Positions 1-12,377 of a stretch of 32,000 bases of DNA are shown here, piece after piece; position 1 is the stretch's first letter; every line of letters begins with the position of its first letter. The stretch is taken from NCBI RefSeq assembly GCF_000195975.1, contig NC_005070.1, positions 2,280,001 through 2,312,000 on the forward strand. The letters run 5' to 3'. The position numbers were made by a program, and so were the translations under genes. Under the pieces are notes generated by a model. The model worked only from the letters and a program-made list of their open reading frames with translations. It searched no databases and had not been told where the DNA came from. The DNA is from Parasynechococcus marenigrum WH 8102 (GTDB lineage Bacteria > Cyanobacteriota > Cyanobacteriia > PCC-6307 > Cyanobiaceae).

Positions 1-507
1 ATGGTGGAAGGTCAGATCAACCACCAGGACTCCATGGGCAACGCGGAAGTGCTGCGGGCAGGGGAGCTGCAACGCATGAGCGCTGGCACGGGGATCGTGC
101 ACAGTGAGATGAACAAAGGCGAGTCGCCCTGTCGCCTTCTGCAGATCTGGATTGAACCTGTCCACAAGGGACTCGAACCGTCTTACGAGCAACGCCACAT
201 CGAAGTCGGCAAGGCCTGGACACCGCTTCTGAATCCAGACCCGAGCCAGGGGGCCATGGCCATCGACCGGCCAGTGCGGCTCTGGCGGGCGCAACCCAAG
301 CAGGGGCAGGACCTCACCTTGCCTGAGGAAAGTGGTGACACCCTTTGGCTGCAGCTGATCAACGGCTCCGTCCAGCTGGAAGGCATCGATGGCGATGCCC
401 CTGATGCGCTCCATTCAGGTGATGGCCTGGGATTGCGAAACCAGCGGAACTGGACCCTGACCAGCCAGAGCGACGACGCCGATCTTCTGTTGTTCAGCCT
501 GGCCTGA
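1..507 (+). CDS. Pirin-family (cupin) protein, C-terminal part; 5' end lies outside the window
   Basis: Frame is open from base 1 to TGA at 505-507. The translation (…SAGTGIVHSEMN…, two-cupin-like layout) resembles pirin/YhhW proteins. Confidence 0.7.
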   Translation: MVEGQINHQDSMGNAEVLRAGELQRMSAGTGIVHSEMNKGESPCRLLQIWIEPVHKGLEPSYEQRHIEVGKAWTPLLNPDPSQGAMAIDRPVRLWRAQPKQGQDLTLPEESGDTLWLQLINGSVQLEGIDGDAPDALHSGDGLGLRNQRNWTLTSQSDDADLLLFSLA

Positions 508-740
508 ACCGCCAAATGTGGATTCATGCCCAAATAACAACGCAGTAGCGCTCGATACACTTGCGCGTCGCACCGATCACATGTGTTGCCTTGCAAAGGA
601 TCTCGGCGACGGCAAATTTCAGAATCCCGCCCAGTCTCCAGACCTTGAGGTGTTGATCCCAAAGAGATTCGGGCAATGCGAGCCACACCAGATCTGGTGC
701 CTTCAAATGACAAGGTCACAACAACAGATTCCCTAGAGCG

Positions 741-947
741 ATGGGATTCCCGATGAGCCATGAGGCCGTGGTGCGATACCGCGGCTACCTTCTGCTGCCT
801 CAGACCAATCAAAGCTGGCTGGTACGCCCGGAACGCAGTCCAATGCAGTTGTTGCCATTTCGAACGCCGACCTGCTCGCTGGCCGACGTCAAAGCGCTAT
901 TGGACTGGAGACTGTCGCAGGAACGATCAGAGATTGGGGTGGCCTGA
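741..947 (+). CDS. Small hypothetical protein (64-68 aa; ATG 741 or 753)
   Basis: This is the only non-Arg-rich ORF in the 508-1346 gap. It ends at TGA 945-947, directly followed by two GC hairpins (941-955 and 955-971). No family recognised and no clear RBS. Confidence 0.3.
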   Translation: MGFPMSHEAVVRYRGYLLLPQTNQSWLVRPERSPMQLLPFRTPTCSLADVKALLDWRLSQERSEIGVA

Positions 948-1346
948 ATCAGGCCGCCGCAGGTGGCGGCGTGGGATCGCCCAGGGGTTGAAATGGAATC
1001 ACCAGGGTGGCCCAATGGTCGGGTCGCTCTGGGCGAGGGCGACGCGACTGGCGCACGCCAAAGGGCACACGCAGCACATTGGTTCCTTCAATCGGCAAGG
1101 TATGGCCCCGGTTCAGCGCCGACTGAAGGCCTTCAGGCAGCTGAGGCAGATCAGGACCTAGTGCCGATCCAGCGGATTTGTTGATGTCACTCCGATCCAT
1201 GGTGTCCCCCGACAAACGAATCAGTTGCCGAAAAGTTTGACTGAGGTTGAACAAACGACTGATCAATCAAAATCATCTTTTCGGTTTTCAGTGAAAATTT
1301 ACACGTCGGGAGTCAAAAGCACCAGCCCGAACTGGCAAGTCGCCCC

Positions 1347-4226
<2,880 letters not shown>

Positions 4227-4281
4227 CGGGCGGACGCTATTGAATCCGCCGATCGTAAAGAAGGGTGACCGCAGCCCGATG

Positions 4282-4671
4282 TCAGCCTGCGTTCACCTTG
4301 GTGCCGTAAGTGCCGGCATCCATCAGGGCTTCCAGCTGGGAGGGATCACTGGGGCGCAGCACCAGCAACCAACCTTCCCCATGGGGATCGTTCTGCAACT
4401 CCTCAGGGCTTGCGAGCACCGCTTCATTTCGCTGCACCACCTCGCCGGCCACCGGGGCGTACATATCCTCAACAGCCTTCACCGATTCAACCGATCCAAA
4501 CGTGGCGCCCTTGTCGAGGCTGTCGCCCACGTCGGGGAGATCTACGAACACGATGTCCCCCAACTGATCCACGGCAAAGGCACTGATGCCCACCCGCACA
4601 AGCTCACCGTCGGCATTGGCGTACTCGTGGCTATCAGCGAAGCGGAAGGAAGCGGGAAACTCGAACGCCAT
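4282..4671 (-). CDS. gcvH: Glycine cleavage system H protein (lipoyl carrier)
   Basis: 129 aa with the lipoyl-lysine motif GSVESVKAV. It lies 55 nt upstream of gcvP. Confidence 0.95.
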   Translation of the reverse strand: MAFEFPASFRFADSHEYANADGELVRVGISAFAVDQLGDIVFVDLPDVGDSLDKGATFGSVESVKAVEDMYAPVAGEVVQRNEAVLASPEELQNDPHGEGWLLVLRPSDPSQLEALMDAGTYGTKVNAG

Positions 4672-4692
4672 TGACGGCAGATCCAGATGTCT

Positions 4693-5970
4693 TTACCCAG
4701 TCTGCGGGAGATCGATCAACCCCGCTGCATCCAGCACTGAAAGAGCCCGGGTGAGTGCCAGCTGGACATGGGCCCGGTGGGTGCCGCCCTGCACATAAAG
4801 GTTGAAAGGCTCACGCAGGGGTGCATCGGCGGAGAACTCACTGGTGGAGCCATCAATAAAGGTGCCACCGGCCATCACCAGGTCACGGGCATATCCCGGC
4901 ATCGATGCGGGAACAGGATCGAGGTAGGCGCCAACCGGTGAACAGGCCTGGAATGCACGACAGACCAGCTTGAGGGACTCAGGCGAGCCGAGCCGAACCG
5001 CCTGGATCAGATCACTGCGGTTCGCCCCAGGTTCTGGATTCACCGCAAACCCCAGCCCTTGGAACACGCCAGCCACCAGATCAGCACCAATTAATGCCTC
5101 CGCCACCATCTGTGGCGCCAGAAACAACCCCTGCAAGACCAGCCGCTGCAGATCAAAACCCGTGCCCCCTTCGCGACCGATGCCCGGCGCCGTGAGCCGG
5201 CAGCAGGCCTGCTCCACCAGGGCAGCGCGTCCAGCGACATACCCCCCCGTTGGGGCGATGGTTCCCCCAAGGTTCTTGATCAGGGAGCCGGCGATCAGAT
5301 CCGCACCCACCTGGGTTGGCTCTTGCTCTTGCACCAGTTCGCCATAGCAATTGTCGACGAACACAACGCACTCCGGCTGCCGGGCATGAATGAGGGCACT
5401 GAGGCGTCCGATTTCCGCCACAGCGATTGACGGCCGCCAGCTGTAACCGCAGCTGCGCTGGATCAGCACCATGCGGCAGGAGCGCTCCAGAGCTCGCTGA
5501 ACGGCATCGACATCCACCGAGCCATCTGCCGTCAGCTCGATTTCGTCGTAACTGACGCCGAACTCCGCCAGAGAGCCCTGGCCAGGGTCCCGCAGGCCGA
5601 TCACTTCCTCAAGAGTGTCGTAAGGGCGCCCGGTGATGGACAGCAACCGGTCGCCAGGCCGCAGCACGCCAAAGAGGGCCGCCGCGATCGCATGGGTCCC
5701 GCTGACGAACTGCATGCGCACAGCAGCCGCCTCCGCGCCCAGGACGCGCGCAAAGACTCGGTCCACCACCTCACGCCCCTGATCCCCATGGCCGTAGCCG
5801 GTGAGGGAAGCGAAATGCTGGGTCCCCACTCGCTCAGCCGCCAGCGCAGCCAACACCCGCTCCAGACGCGCCTGAACCTGCTCGGTGCGAGCGGCGGCCA
5901 GGGGCTGTTGCTCTCGGGCAACGGAGGCCACGAATGCCCTTGCGGCAGCACTCCCTTCACCACTCGTCAC
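4693..5970 (-). CDS. PLP-dependent methionine gamma-lyase-family / aluminium-resistance-like protein (YnbB-like)
   Basis: Family-typical motifs are present: HFASLTGYGHGDQGRE and VSGTHAIAAALFGVLRPGD…GRPYDTLEEVIG. The track ORF runs to 6177, but that extension is Arg/Cys-rich and overlaps the desC leader. An in-frame GTG at 5970 gives about 425 aa, typical for the family. Start is uncertain. Confidence 0.75.
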   Translation of the reverse strand: MTSGEGSAAARAFVASVAREQQPLAAARTEQVQARLERVLAALAAERVGTQHFASLTGYGHGDQGREVVDRVFARVLGAEAAAVRMQFVSGTHAIAAALFGVLRPGDRLLSITGRPYDTLEEVIGLRDPGQGSLAEFGVSYDEIELTADGSVDVDAVQRALERSCRMVLIQRSCGYSWRPSIAVAEIGRLSALIHARQPECVVFVDNCYGELVQEQEPTQVGADLIAGSLIKNLGGTIAPTGGYVAGRAALVEQACCRLTAPGIGREGGTGFDLQRLVLQGLFLAPQMVAEALIGADLVAGVFQGLGFAVNPEPGANRSDLIQAVRLGSPESLKLVCRAFQACSPVGAYLDPVPASMPGYARDLVMAGGTFIDGSTSEFSADAPLREPFNLYVQGGTHRAHVQLALTRALSVLDAAGLIDLPQTG

Positions 5971-6215
5971 GATGCGACACCAGAGTCCAGATCTGCAGCA
6001 TGCCCTCTCGGCCACGGGTTGCAGCGTCAACTCCTTTAGATTTCGGTCATCAATGGCACCATCCGCTCCACGGCTTTCTGGTCTGAGCGGCCTTGTCAAC
6101 CCCTGGAGTCTTCCTGTTGGTTTCCTCGCAAACAACTGACACCCGTGAGCTTCGGCAACGGGCGGCGGTGCAAGCACCCCGTGGCCCTCTACCGGCCCGA
6201 CAGCGCAAGCTCAAG

Positions 6216-7028
6216 ATGGGCACCACCAGCTTCATGGTGGTGATGCATGTGCTGGCCACCGTGGCACTGCTGCCGCGGTTCTGGAGCTGGCAGGGTCTTG
6301 TGGCCTTCGGAGTTCTGTACTGGGTGACCGTCCTTGGCGTCACCTTGGGCCTGCACCGGTTGGTCGCCCACCGCAGCCTGGTGGTTCCGGTCTGGGTGGA
6401 GCGCATGCTGGTGATCATGGGCACCTTGGCCTGCCAGAGCGGACCGATCGAATGGGTTGGCCTACACCGCCATCACCACCGCTTCTCCGATCAACCGATC
6501 GATCACCATGATGCCGGACGCGGTTTGTGGTGGAGCCACAGCGAGTGGATGTTGCATGACATTCCTGCGCTGAAGGAACTCGATCGCTACGCCGGTGATC
6601 TCCAGGTTGACCCGTTCTATCGCTGGCTGGACCGCTGGTTCCTGTTGCTGCAGATCCCCCTGGGGCTTGGTCTGTACTGGATCGGTGAAGCCGCTCAAGT
6701 GCATGGTGGTGGAATCGGACTGGTGCTTTGGGCCATCCCCCTGCGTTTGGTAATCGTCTATCACGTGACTTGGCTGGTCAATTCCGCCACCCACGCCTTT
6801 GGCTACCGCAACTTTGACTGCCCGGATCTGTCGCGGAACTGCTGGTGGGTAGCGCTGCTCTCCTTCGGTGAGGGTTGGCACAACAACCATCACGCCCACC
6901 CAGCGAGCGCCCGCCATGGTCTGCGCTGGTTTGAGTTTGACCTCACCTGGCAACACGTTCGCCTGCTCAAGCGCCTTGGCCTTGCGAGCCGCGTGAGAAC
7001 GGCTCGATATGTGCCCGGGGCTTCCTGA
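6216..7028 (+). CDS. desC: Acyl-lipid delta-9 fatty acid desaturase
   Basis: Three histidine boxes are present: HRLVAHRS, HRHHHRFSD and HNNHHAHP. There are hydrophobic segments. ATG 6216 (MGTTSFMVV…) is chosen over the upstream extension of the track ORF (6093). Confidence 0.9.
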   Translation: MGTTSFMVVMHVLATVALLPRFWSWQGLVAFGVLYWVTVLGVTLGLHRLVAHRSLVVPVWVERMLVIMGTLACQSGPIEWVGLHRHHHRFSDQPIDHHDAGRGLWWSHSEWMLHDIPALKELDRYAGDLQVDPFYRWLDRWFLLLQIPLGLGLYWIGEAAQVHGGGIGLVLWAIPLRLVIVYHVTWLVNSATHAFGYRNFDCPDLSRNCWWVALLSFGEGWHNNHHAHPASARHGLRWFEFDLTWQHVRLLKRLGLASRVRTARYVPGAS

Positions 7029-7101
7029 CCTCCAGATTTCAGCTGATCAGGCCACGTCGTAACGTGGTCGACCGCACCGATAACGTCCGCCCCCAGGTTC
7101 C

Positions 7102-7560
7102 ATGCCCAAGCGTGTTCAAGTCGTTCTGAATGAGGACGTCCTCAGCCTCGGCAAGGACGGAGACCTGGTGGAGGTCGCCCCCGGTTACGCCCGCAACTTC
7201 CTGCTTCCCTTCGGCAAGGCGGTGCCTGTAACACCTGCCGTGATGAAGCAGGTTGAGCACCGTCGGGCCAAGGAAGCCGAACGCCAGGCGGCGCTGAAGC
7301 AGGCGGCCCTTGACTTCCGTACGGCCCTGGACACCATCGGTCGCTTTACTGTGAAGAAGCAAACCGGCGAAGACAACGTGCTCTTCGGAACGGTCACCAA
7401 TGGCGATGTGGCAGAAGCCATCCAAGACGCCACCAAGAAGGAGATTGACCGCCGCGACATTGTGGTTCCCGAAATCCATCGCACCGGCAAGTACAGCGTC
7501 ACGGTGAAACTTCACAGCGAGGTCACCGCTGAGATCAACCTGGAAGTGGTCAGCTACTGA
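7102..7560 (+). CDS. rplI: 50S ribosomal protein L9
   Basis: 152 aa. The N-terminus [34 protein letters not shown] is the canonical L9 N-domain. It sits in the classic rplI-dnaB arrangement. Confidence 0.95.
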   Translation: MPKRVQVVLNEDVLSLGKDGDLVEVAPGYARNFLLPFGKAVPVTPAVMKQVEHRRAKEAERQAALKQAALDFRTALDTIGRFTVKKQTGEDNVLFGTVTNGDVAEAIQDATKKEIDRRDIVVPEIHRTGKYSVTVKLHSEVTAEINLEVVSY

Positions 7561-7603
7561 TCCCTGGCGAAGCGGCTCATCTGAGCCAGAGTGAGATACC
7601 CGA

Positions 7604-9037
7604 TTGCAACGGCCAACGGCCATGGTGAGCGTCCCCCTGAGCGATAGCGGCGAGAACGCCGAAGGGGGACGCCGCAAATTCGGTCATAGTCGCCGCGACC
7701 AGGAACCAAGTTTCGAAGCCCTGCCCGATTCCGTTCCGCCCCAGAATCTTGAGGCAGAGGAAGCGGTTCTGGGGGGCATCCTGCTGGACCCGGATGCCAT
7801 TGGCCGGGTGGCGGATGTGCTGCAACCGGAGGCCTTTTATCTCAATGCCCACCGGGAGATCTTCCGCACTGCCCTGATGCTGCACAGCCAGGGCAAACCG
7901 ACAGACCTCACAGCGATGAGCGCCTGGCTGGCCGACACGGGATCGCTGGAGAAGGTGGGGGGCAATTCCCGCCTGATCGAACTGGTGGAACGGGTGCCAT
8001 CAACCGCCTCCATCGAGCAGGTGGCACGGCTGGTGATGGACAAGTTCCTGCGACGCCAGCTGATCCGCTCCGGCAACGAGGTGATCAAGCTGGGCTTTGA
8101 TCAAAGCCTGCCTATGGAGCAGGTGCTCGATCAGGCGGAGCAGACCATTTTCGCGATCAGCCAGGAGAAGCCGTCCAAAGGACTCACCCCTACGGCCGAA
8201 ATCCTCACCCAGACCTTCGAGGAAATCGAAAGCCGCTCCCTGGGTACCTCCGTGGCCGGCATCCCGGTGAACTTCTACGACCTGGATGCGATGACCCAGG
8301 GCCTGCAACGCAGCGACCTAATCATCGTGGCCGGCCGCCCAGCGATGGGCAAAACCTCAATTGTGCTCAACCTGGCCAAGAACGTGGCCCAGCTGCACGA
8401 CCTACCGGTGTGTGTGTTCTCCCTGGAGATGAGCAAGGAACAGCTCACCTACCGCCTGCTATCGATGGAGGTGGGCATCGAAGCGGGAAGGCTGCGCACT
8501 GGCCGGTTGCAGCAGGAGGAGTGGCCCCTGCTTGGCCAGGGGATCAACACCCTGGGCCAGCTGCCGATCTTCATCGACGACAAACCCAATTCCGGTGTGC
8601 TGGAGATGCGATCGCTGTGCCGCCGGCTGATGGCGGAACAGGGCAAGGAGCTGGGGCTGGTGGTGATCGACTACCTGCAGCTGATGGAAGGTTCCAGCCC
8701 GGACAACCGCGTGCAGGAAATTTCCCGGATCACCAGGGCCCTGAAAGGCATGGCACGGGAACTGAATGTGCCGGTGATTGCCCTCTCCCAGCTCAGCCGT
8801 GGCGTGGAATCGCGCACCAACAAGCGGCCGATGCTCAGCGACCTGCGGGAATCGGGCTCGATCGAGCAGGACGCTGATCTGGTGCTGATGATCTACCGAG
8901 ACGAGTACTACAACCCGGAAACCCCCGACCGCGGCATCACCGAAGTGATCGTGACCAAGCACCGCAACGGACCGGTGGGCACGGTGAAGCTGCTGTTCGA
9001 GCCGCAGTTCACCCGCTTCCGCAACCTGGCAGCTTGA
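7604..9037 (+). CDS. dnaB: Replicative DNA helicase DnaB (no intein)
   Basis: N-terminal PPQNLEAEEAVLGGILLDP motif, Walker A GRPAMGKTS and C-terminal RecA-like domain. An alternative ATG lies at 7622. Confidence 0.95.
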   Translation: MQRPTAMVSVPLSDSGENAEGGRRKFGHSRRDQEPSFEALPDSVPPQNLEAEEAVLGGILLDPDAIGRVADVLQPEAFYLNAHREIFRTALMLHSQGKPTDLTAMSAWLADTGSLEKVGGNSRLIELVERVPSTASIEQVARLVMDKFLRRQLIRSGNEVIKLGFDQSLPMEQVLDQAEQTIFAISQEKPSKGLTPTAEILTQTFEEIESRSLGTSVAGIPVNFYDLDAMTQGLQRSDLIIVAGRPAMGKTSIVLNLAKNVAQLHDLPVCVFSLEMSKEQLTYRLLSMEVGIEAGRLRTGRLQQEEWPLLGQGINTLGQLPIFIDDKPNSGVLEMRSLCRRLMAEQGKELGLVVIDYLQLMEGSSPDNRVQEISRITRALKGMARELNVPVIALSQLSRGVESRTNKRPMLSDLRESGSIEQDADLVLMIYRDEYYNPETPDRGITEVIVTKHRNGPVGTVKLLFEPQFTRFRNLAA

Positions 9038-9084
9038 AGCGCATACCGTTTCGCTATGCTGTTCTCAGGACGTGAGTCAGCGCC

Positions 9085-9312
9085 GTGGCGAAGCAGAGCG
9101 TGACGGTGCGTGTGGAGCCTGAACTGGTGCGCTGGTTTCGGGAAGAAGCACAGATCCCCCTCGGCGAAGCGGTCAACGAGGCCCTGCGAGAACTGCAGCA
9201 GCGCCTTCTCAACGATCAACTCCAGCACCGCGTCGACCGCGACCTGGCTGAAGGCGAAGCACTGGTGAGCAAAGAGGATCTGAGCTATTGGAATCAGCTC
9301 AGCGATGCCTGA
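9085..9312 (+). CDS. Putative ribbon-helix-helix-type antitoxin (75 aa, GTG start)
   Basis: Small acidic ORF with an N-terminal beta-strand/helix pattern (VTVRVEPELVRWFREEA…NEALRE). It overlaps the downstream MazF-like ORF by 8 nt (ATGCCTGA, 9305-9312). Confidence 0.55.
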   Translation: MAKQSVTVRVEPELVRWFREEAQIPLGEAVNEALRELQQRLLNDQLQHRVDRDLAEGEALVSKEDLSYWNQLSDA

Positions 9313-9715
9313 ACCCTCAGACCAGTTTGAACCTGGCAGCGTGCTCATTCGAAAAGCTGACCGCGAGGGTGGCGATGGAAAGCTGCGACCTTGCGTGGTG
9401 ATCTCCAGTGCTGAAAGAGGACGCGACGCAAAAGCAGAGACCGTGCTTGTCGTGCCACTCACCTCGGACACCGATGGGAAACAGCGCTTACCGATGCCGG
9501 TGATCACACCGGAACCGAGCAATGGTCTAGTGCAGCGCTCTGCAGCCATGTGCGGCCGCGTGAGCTGCATCCGCAAGGCACGTCTGGATCAACAAATCGG
9601 CACCGTTCATGCACAGGAGCTGCGCCGCGTGCGACTCGGGGTGGCAGCGGTGATCGGCCTGACTGACCTGCTGACAGCAACAGCAATCAAGCGGTCACGC
9701 GCATCGCGCCCATAG
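9305..9715 (+). CDS. PemK/MazF-family type II toxin (endoribonuclease-like)
   Basis: The pattern G-S-V…K-L-RP-C-VV-I-S…V-L-VVPLTS…GL…S…I-R-K-A-RL…IG…L matches the PemK/MazF fold signature. It is coupled to the small upstream ORF. Confidence 0.7.
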
Positions 9716-9723
9716 AGAATGAT

Positions 9724-11652
9724 TTGATGGCCCTTACCACCGCCCCCACCGAATCCTTCGACGTGATCGTGGTCGGCGGCGGCCATGCCGGCTGTGAAGC
9801 AGCGATCACAGCAGCGCGACTGGGGCTGAACACTGCTCTGTTCACCCTCAATCTCGACCGGATCGCCTGGCAGCCCTGCAACCCGGCCGTTGGTGGCCCC
9901 GCAAAAAGCCAGCTCGTGCATGAAGTGGATGCCCTCGGAGGGGTGATCGGCCGCCTGGCCGATGGCACCGCGATCCAGAAACGCATCCTCAACGCCAGCC
10001 GAGGCCCCGCCGTCTGGGCCCTGCGCGCCCAGACCGACAAGCGCCTCTATTCCCACCAGATGCTGCAACTGCTGCAGCACACCCCCAACCTCGCCCTGCG
10101 CGAAGCGATGGTGACCGGTTTGGAAACTACCGCTGAAGCCGATCAGCAACGCATCAGCGGCATCCGCACCTATTTCGGCAGTGTCTATGGCGCTGAAGCG
10201 GTGATCCTTACCGCCGGCACCTTCCTCGGCGGCCGCATCTGGGTGGGGCATCAATCGATGGCCGCCGGCCGCGCTGGTGAACAGGCGGCCGAAGGCCTCA
10301 CCGAAGCACTGCAACAACTCGGCTTCCAGACCGACCGGCTCAAAACCGGCACCCCAGCCCGGGTGGACCGGCGCAGCATCGCCCTTGATCAGCTGGAGGA
10401 GCAGCCCAGCGATGCGGCCGATCACTTCTTCTCCTTTGACCCGGCCGCCTGGGTGAGCGGTGAGCAGATGAGCTGCCACATCACCCGCACCACCGCCGAA
10501 ACCCACCAGCTGATCCGCGACAACCTGCACCTCACAGCCATCTACGGCGGCGTAATCGACAGCAAGGGCCCGCGCTACTGCCCCTCCATTGAAGACAAGA
10601 TCGTTCGCTTCGCCGACAAGGACAGCCACCAGATCTTCCTCGAGCCAGAGGGGCGCGACACCCCGGAGATCTATGTGCAGGGCTTCTCCACCGGCCTGCC
10701 GGAACCGATCCAGCTGCAACTGCTGCGCAGCCTGCCGGGGCTGGAACAAGCTGTGATGCTGCGGCCGGCCTATTCGGTGGATTACGACTACCTGCCCGCC
10801 ACCCAGCTCAAGCCGTCGCTGGAAACCAAGCGAGTGCGCGGCCTGTTCAGTGCCGGCCAGCTCAATGGCACCACGGGCTACGAGGAAGCAGCAGCCCAGG
10901 GCCTGGTGGCCGGCGTCAACGCCGCCCGGCACATCGGCGGTCAGGAGCCAGTGCACTTCCCCCGCGAGGGCAGCTATATCGGCACGATGATCGATGATCT
11001 GGTGAGCAAGGACCTGCGGGAGCCCTACCGGGTGCTCACCAGCCGCAGTGAATACCGCCTGATCCTGCGGGGTGACAACGCCGACCGCCGGTTGACGCCG
11101 TTGGGCCGAGATCTGGGCCTGATTGACGACCGCCGCTGGCAACTGTTCGAGGACAAGCTCCAGGCGATGGAACGCGAAAAGCAACGGCTGGAAACCGTGC
11201 GCCTCAAGGTGAGTGATCCGGTGGCCCCGGCGGTGGAAGAGGAAACCGGCGCAGCGATCAAGGGCTCGATCACCCTGGCGGACCTGCTGCGCCGCCCCGG
11301 CATGCACGCCGCCGATCTGGTGCGCCATGGCCTGGCCGATGCCGATCTGCCCCTGCCGGTGCGCGAAGGGGCCGAGATTGACATTAAATACAGCGGCTAT
11401 CTGCAGCGGCAACAGCAGCAGATCGACCAGGTGAAACGCCAGAGCCAACGCAAGCTGCCGGCCGACTTGAACTACGCCGGCATCGGCACTCTCTCCAATG
11501 AGGCCCGTGAAAAACTCGGAAGCATCCAACCCACCACCCTGGGCCAGGCCAGCCGCATCCCTGGCGTCAGCCAGGCGGACATCACCGCTCTGCTGATGTG
11601 GCTGGAACTGCGCAAGCGTGAGGCCCTCGCCCCCCCTGCAGAAGCTCGATAG
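9724..11652 (+). CDS. mnmG: tRNA uridine 5-carboxymethylaminomethyl modification enzyme MnmG (GidA)
   Basis: 642 aa with the FAD motif [15 protein letters not shown]. The sequence is GidA-like along its full length. Confidence 0.97.
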
Positions 11653-11732
11653 CGTTGGGACCCCGCGGGTCCACCTTGGCCGTCCGGCTTCCCACCTCCC
11701 ATTCCTACTGGAACCTGCGGGCCGAGCAGGTG

Positions 11733-12377
11733 ATGGACAAGGTGTTCGACCAGGAGGCTTTGAATTCCGCGCGCCCCAACCATCTCGTCCCGGTGGACGT
11801 GGACGTGCACGATCCGCCAGCTCCAGTGCCGCCACCAGCACAGCCAAACCTCACCCCATCGACCACCAGCACCACCCCCTGGTTGTTGCTGACCGTCAGT
11901 GGCCTGGCGGTGGCCGGTGCCGTGAACAGCGGCTGGCTGATGAGCAGCCTGCTTCAATCCCGCAGCCAGCTGGATCAGGAACGCAACCTGCTGATGCTCG
12001 AGCGGCTTCAGACACAGGCCAGCGCCCCTGAGCCTCAGGTCACGCAAGCACCGCCTACAGCAGAGGTTGCTGCCAGCACTCCCGACCCCCAGCTGTCGCC
12101 AAGACCCTCCATCACGCCCAGGCTCGCCTTGTCACCGGTTGCCCCTCAACCGCTGCCGGTTCCAGCCCTGACGCCGATGCCGCAACTGACCGGGGTGGTG
12201 CAGGGTCCTGGCGGCAACAGCTCCGCCATCTTCCAGCTGGACACAACATCCCTGTCGGCTGGCATCGGTGAAAGCATCGGCAACAGCGGTTGGCGGCTGG
12301 ACGCGATCACCAGCAGTGGAACGGTGATCAGTCAGCAGGGCCAGCAGCGCACCCTGTCCGTAGGAGGGCTGTTCTGA
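11733..12377 (+). CDS. Membrane-anchored proline-rich protein with a C-terminal beta-domain loosely resembling PilP/GspC-type domains
   Basis: ATG 11733 (MDKVF…). One TM segment (WLLLTVSGLAVAGAV), a coiled/Pro-rich linker, and a C-terminal LTGVVQGPGGNSSAIFQL…GESIGNSGWRLDAI…VISQQGQQRTLSVGG. The domain call is an inference. Confidence 0.55.
   Translation: MDKVFDQEALNSARPNHLVPVDVDVHDPPAPVPPPAQPNLTPSTTSTTPWLLLTVSGLAVAGAVNSGWLMSSLLQSRSQLDQERNLLMLERLQTQASAPEPQVTQAPPTAEVAASTPDPQLSPRPSITPRLALSPVAPQPLPVPALTPMPQLTGVVQGPGGNSSAIFQLDTTSLSAGIGESIGNSGWRLDAITSSGTVISQQGQQRTLSVGGLF

Noticed and set aside
4227-4692. Possible glycine riboswitch controlling gcvH/gcvP
   Set aside because: The only non-coding spacers here are 55 nt (4227-4281) and 21 nt (4672-4692). 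That is too short for a glycine aptamer, and I could not recognise the conserved aptamer core by eye.
6093-6215. N-terminal extensions of track ORFs (desC from 6093, permease from 23325, PLP enzyme from 6177, HLIP from 31143, acidic protein from 28741, 150-aa protein from 12998)
   Set aside because: The extensions overlap neighbouring genes or divergent leaders. They are compositionally aberrant (Arg/Gly/Cys-rich). Internal starts give family-typical lengths and neat stop/start coupling.
9607-11847. 746-aa ORF on the minus strand covering all of mnmG
   Set aside because: It is antisense to an unmistakable mnmG gene. The product is Ala/Gly/Arg/Pro-rich with no motifs. This is a typical stop-codon-poor shadow frame in GC-rich DNA.
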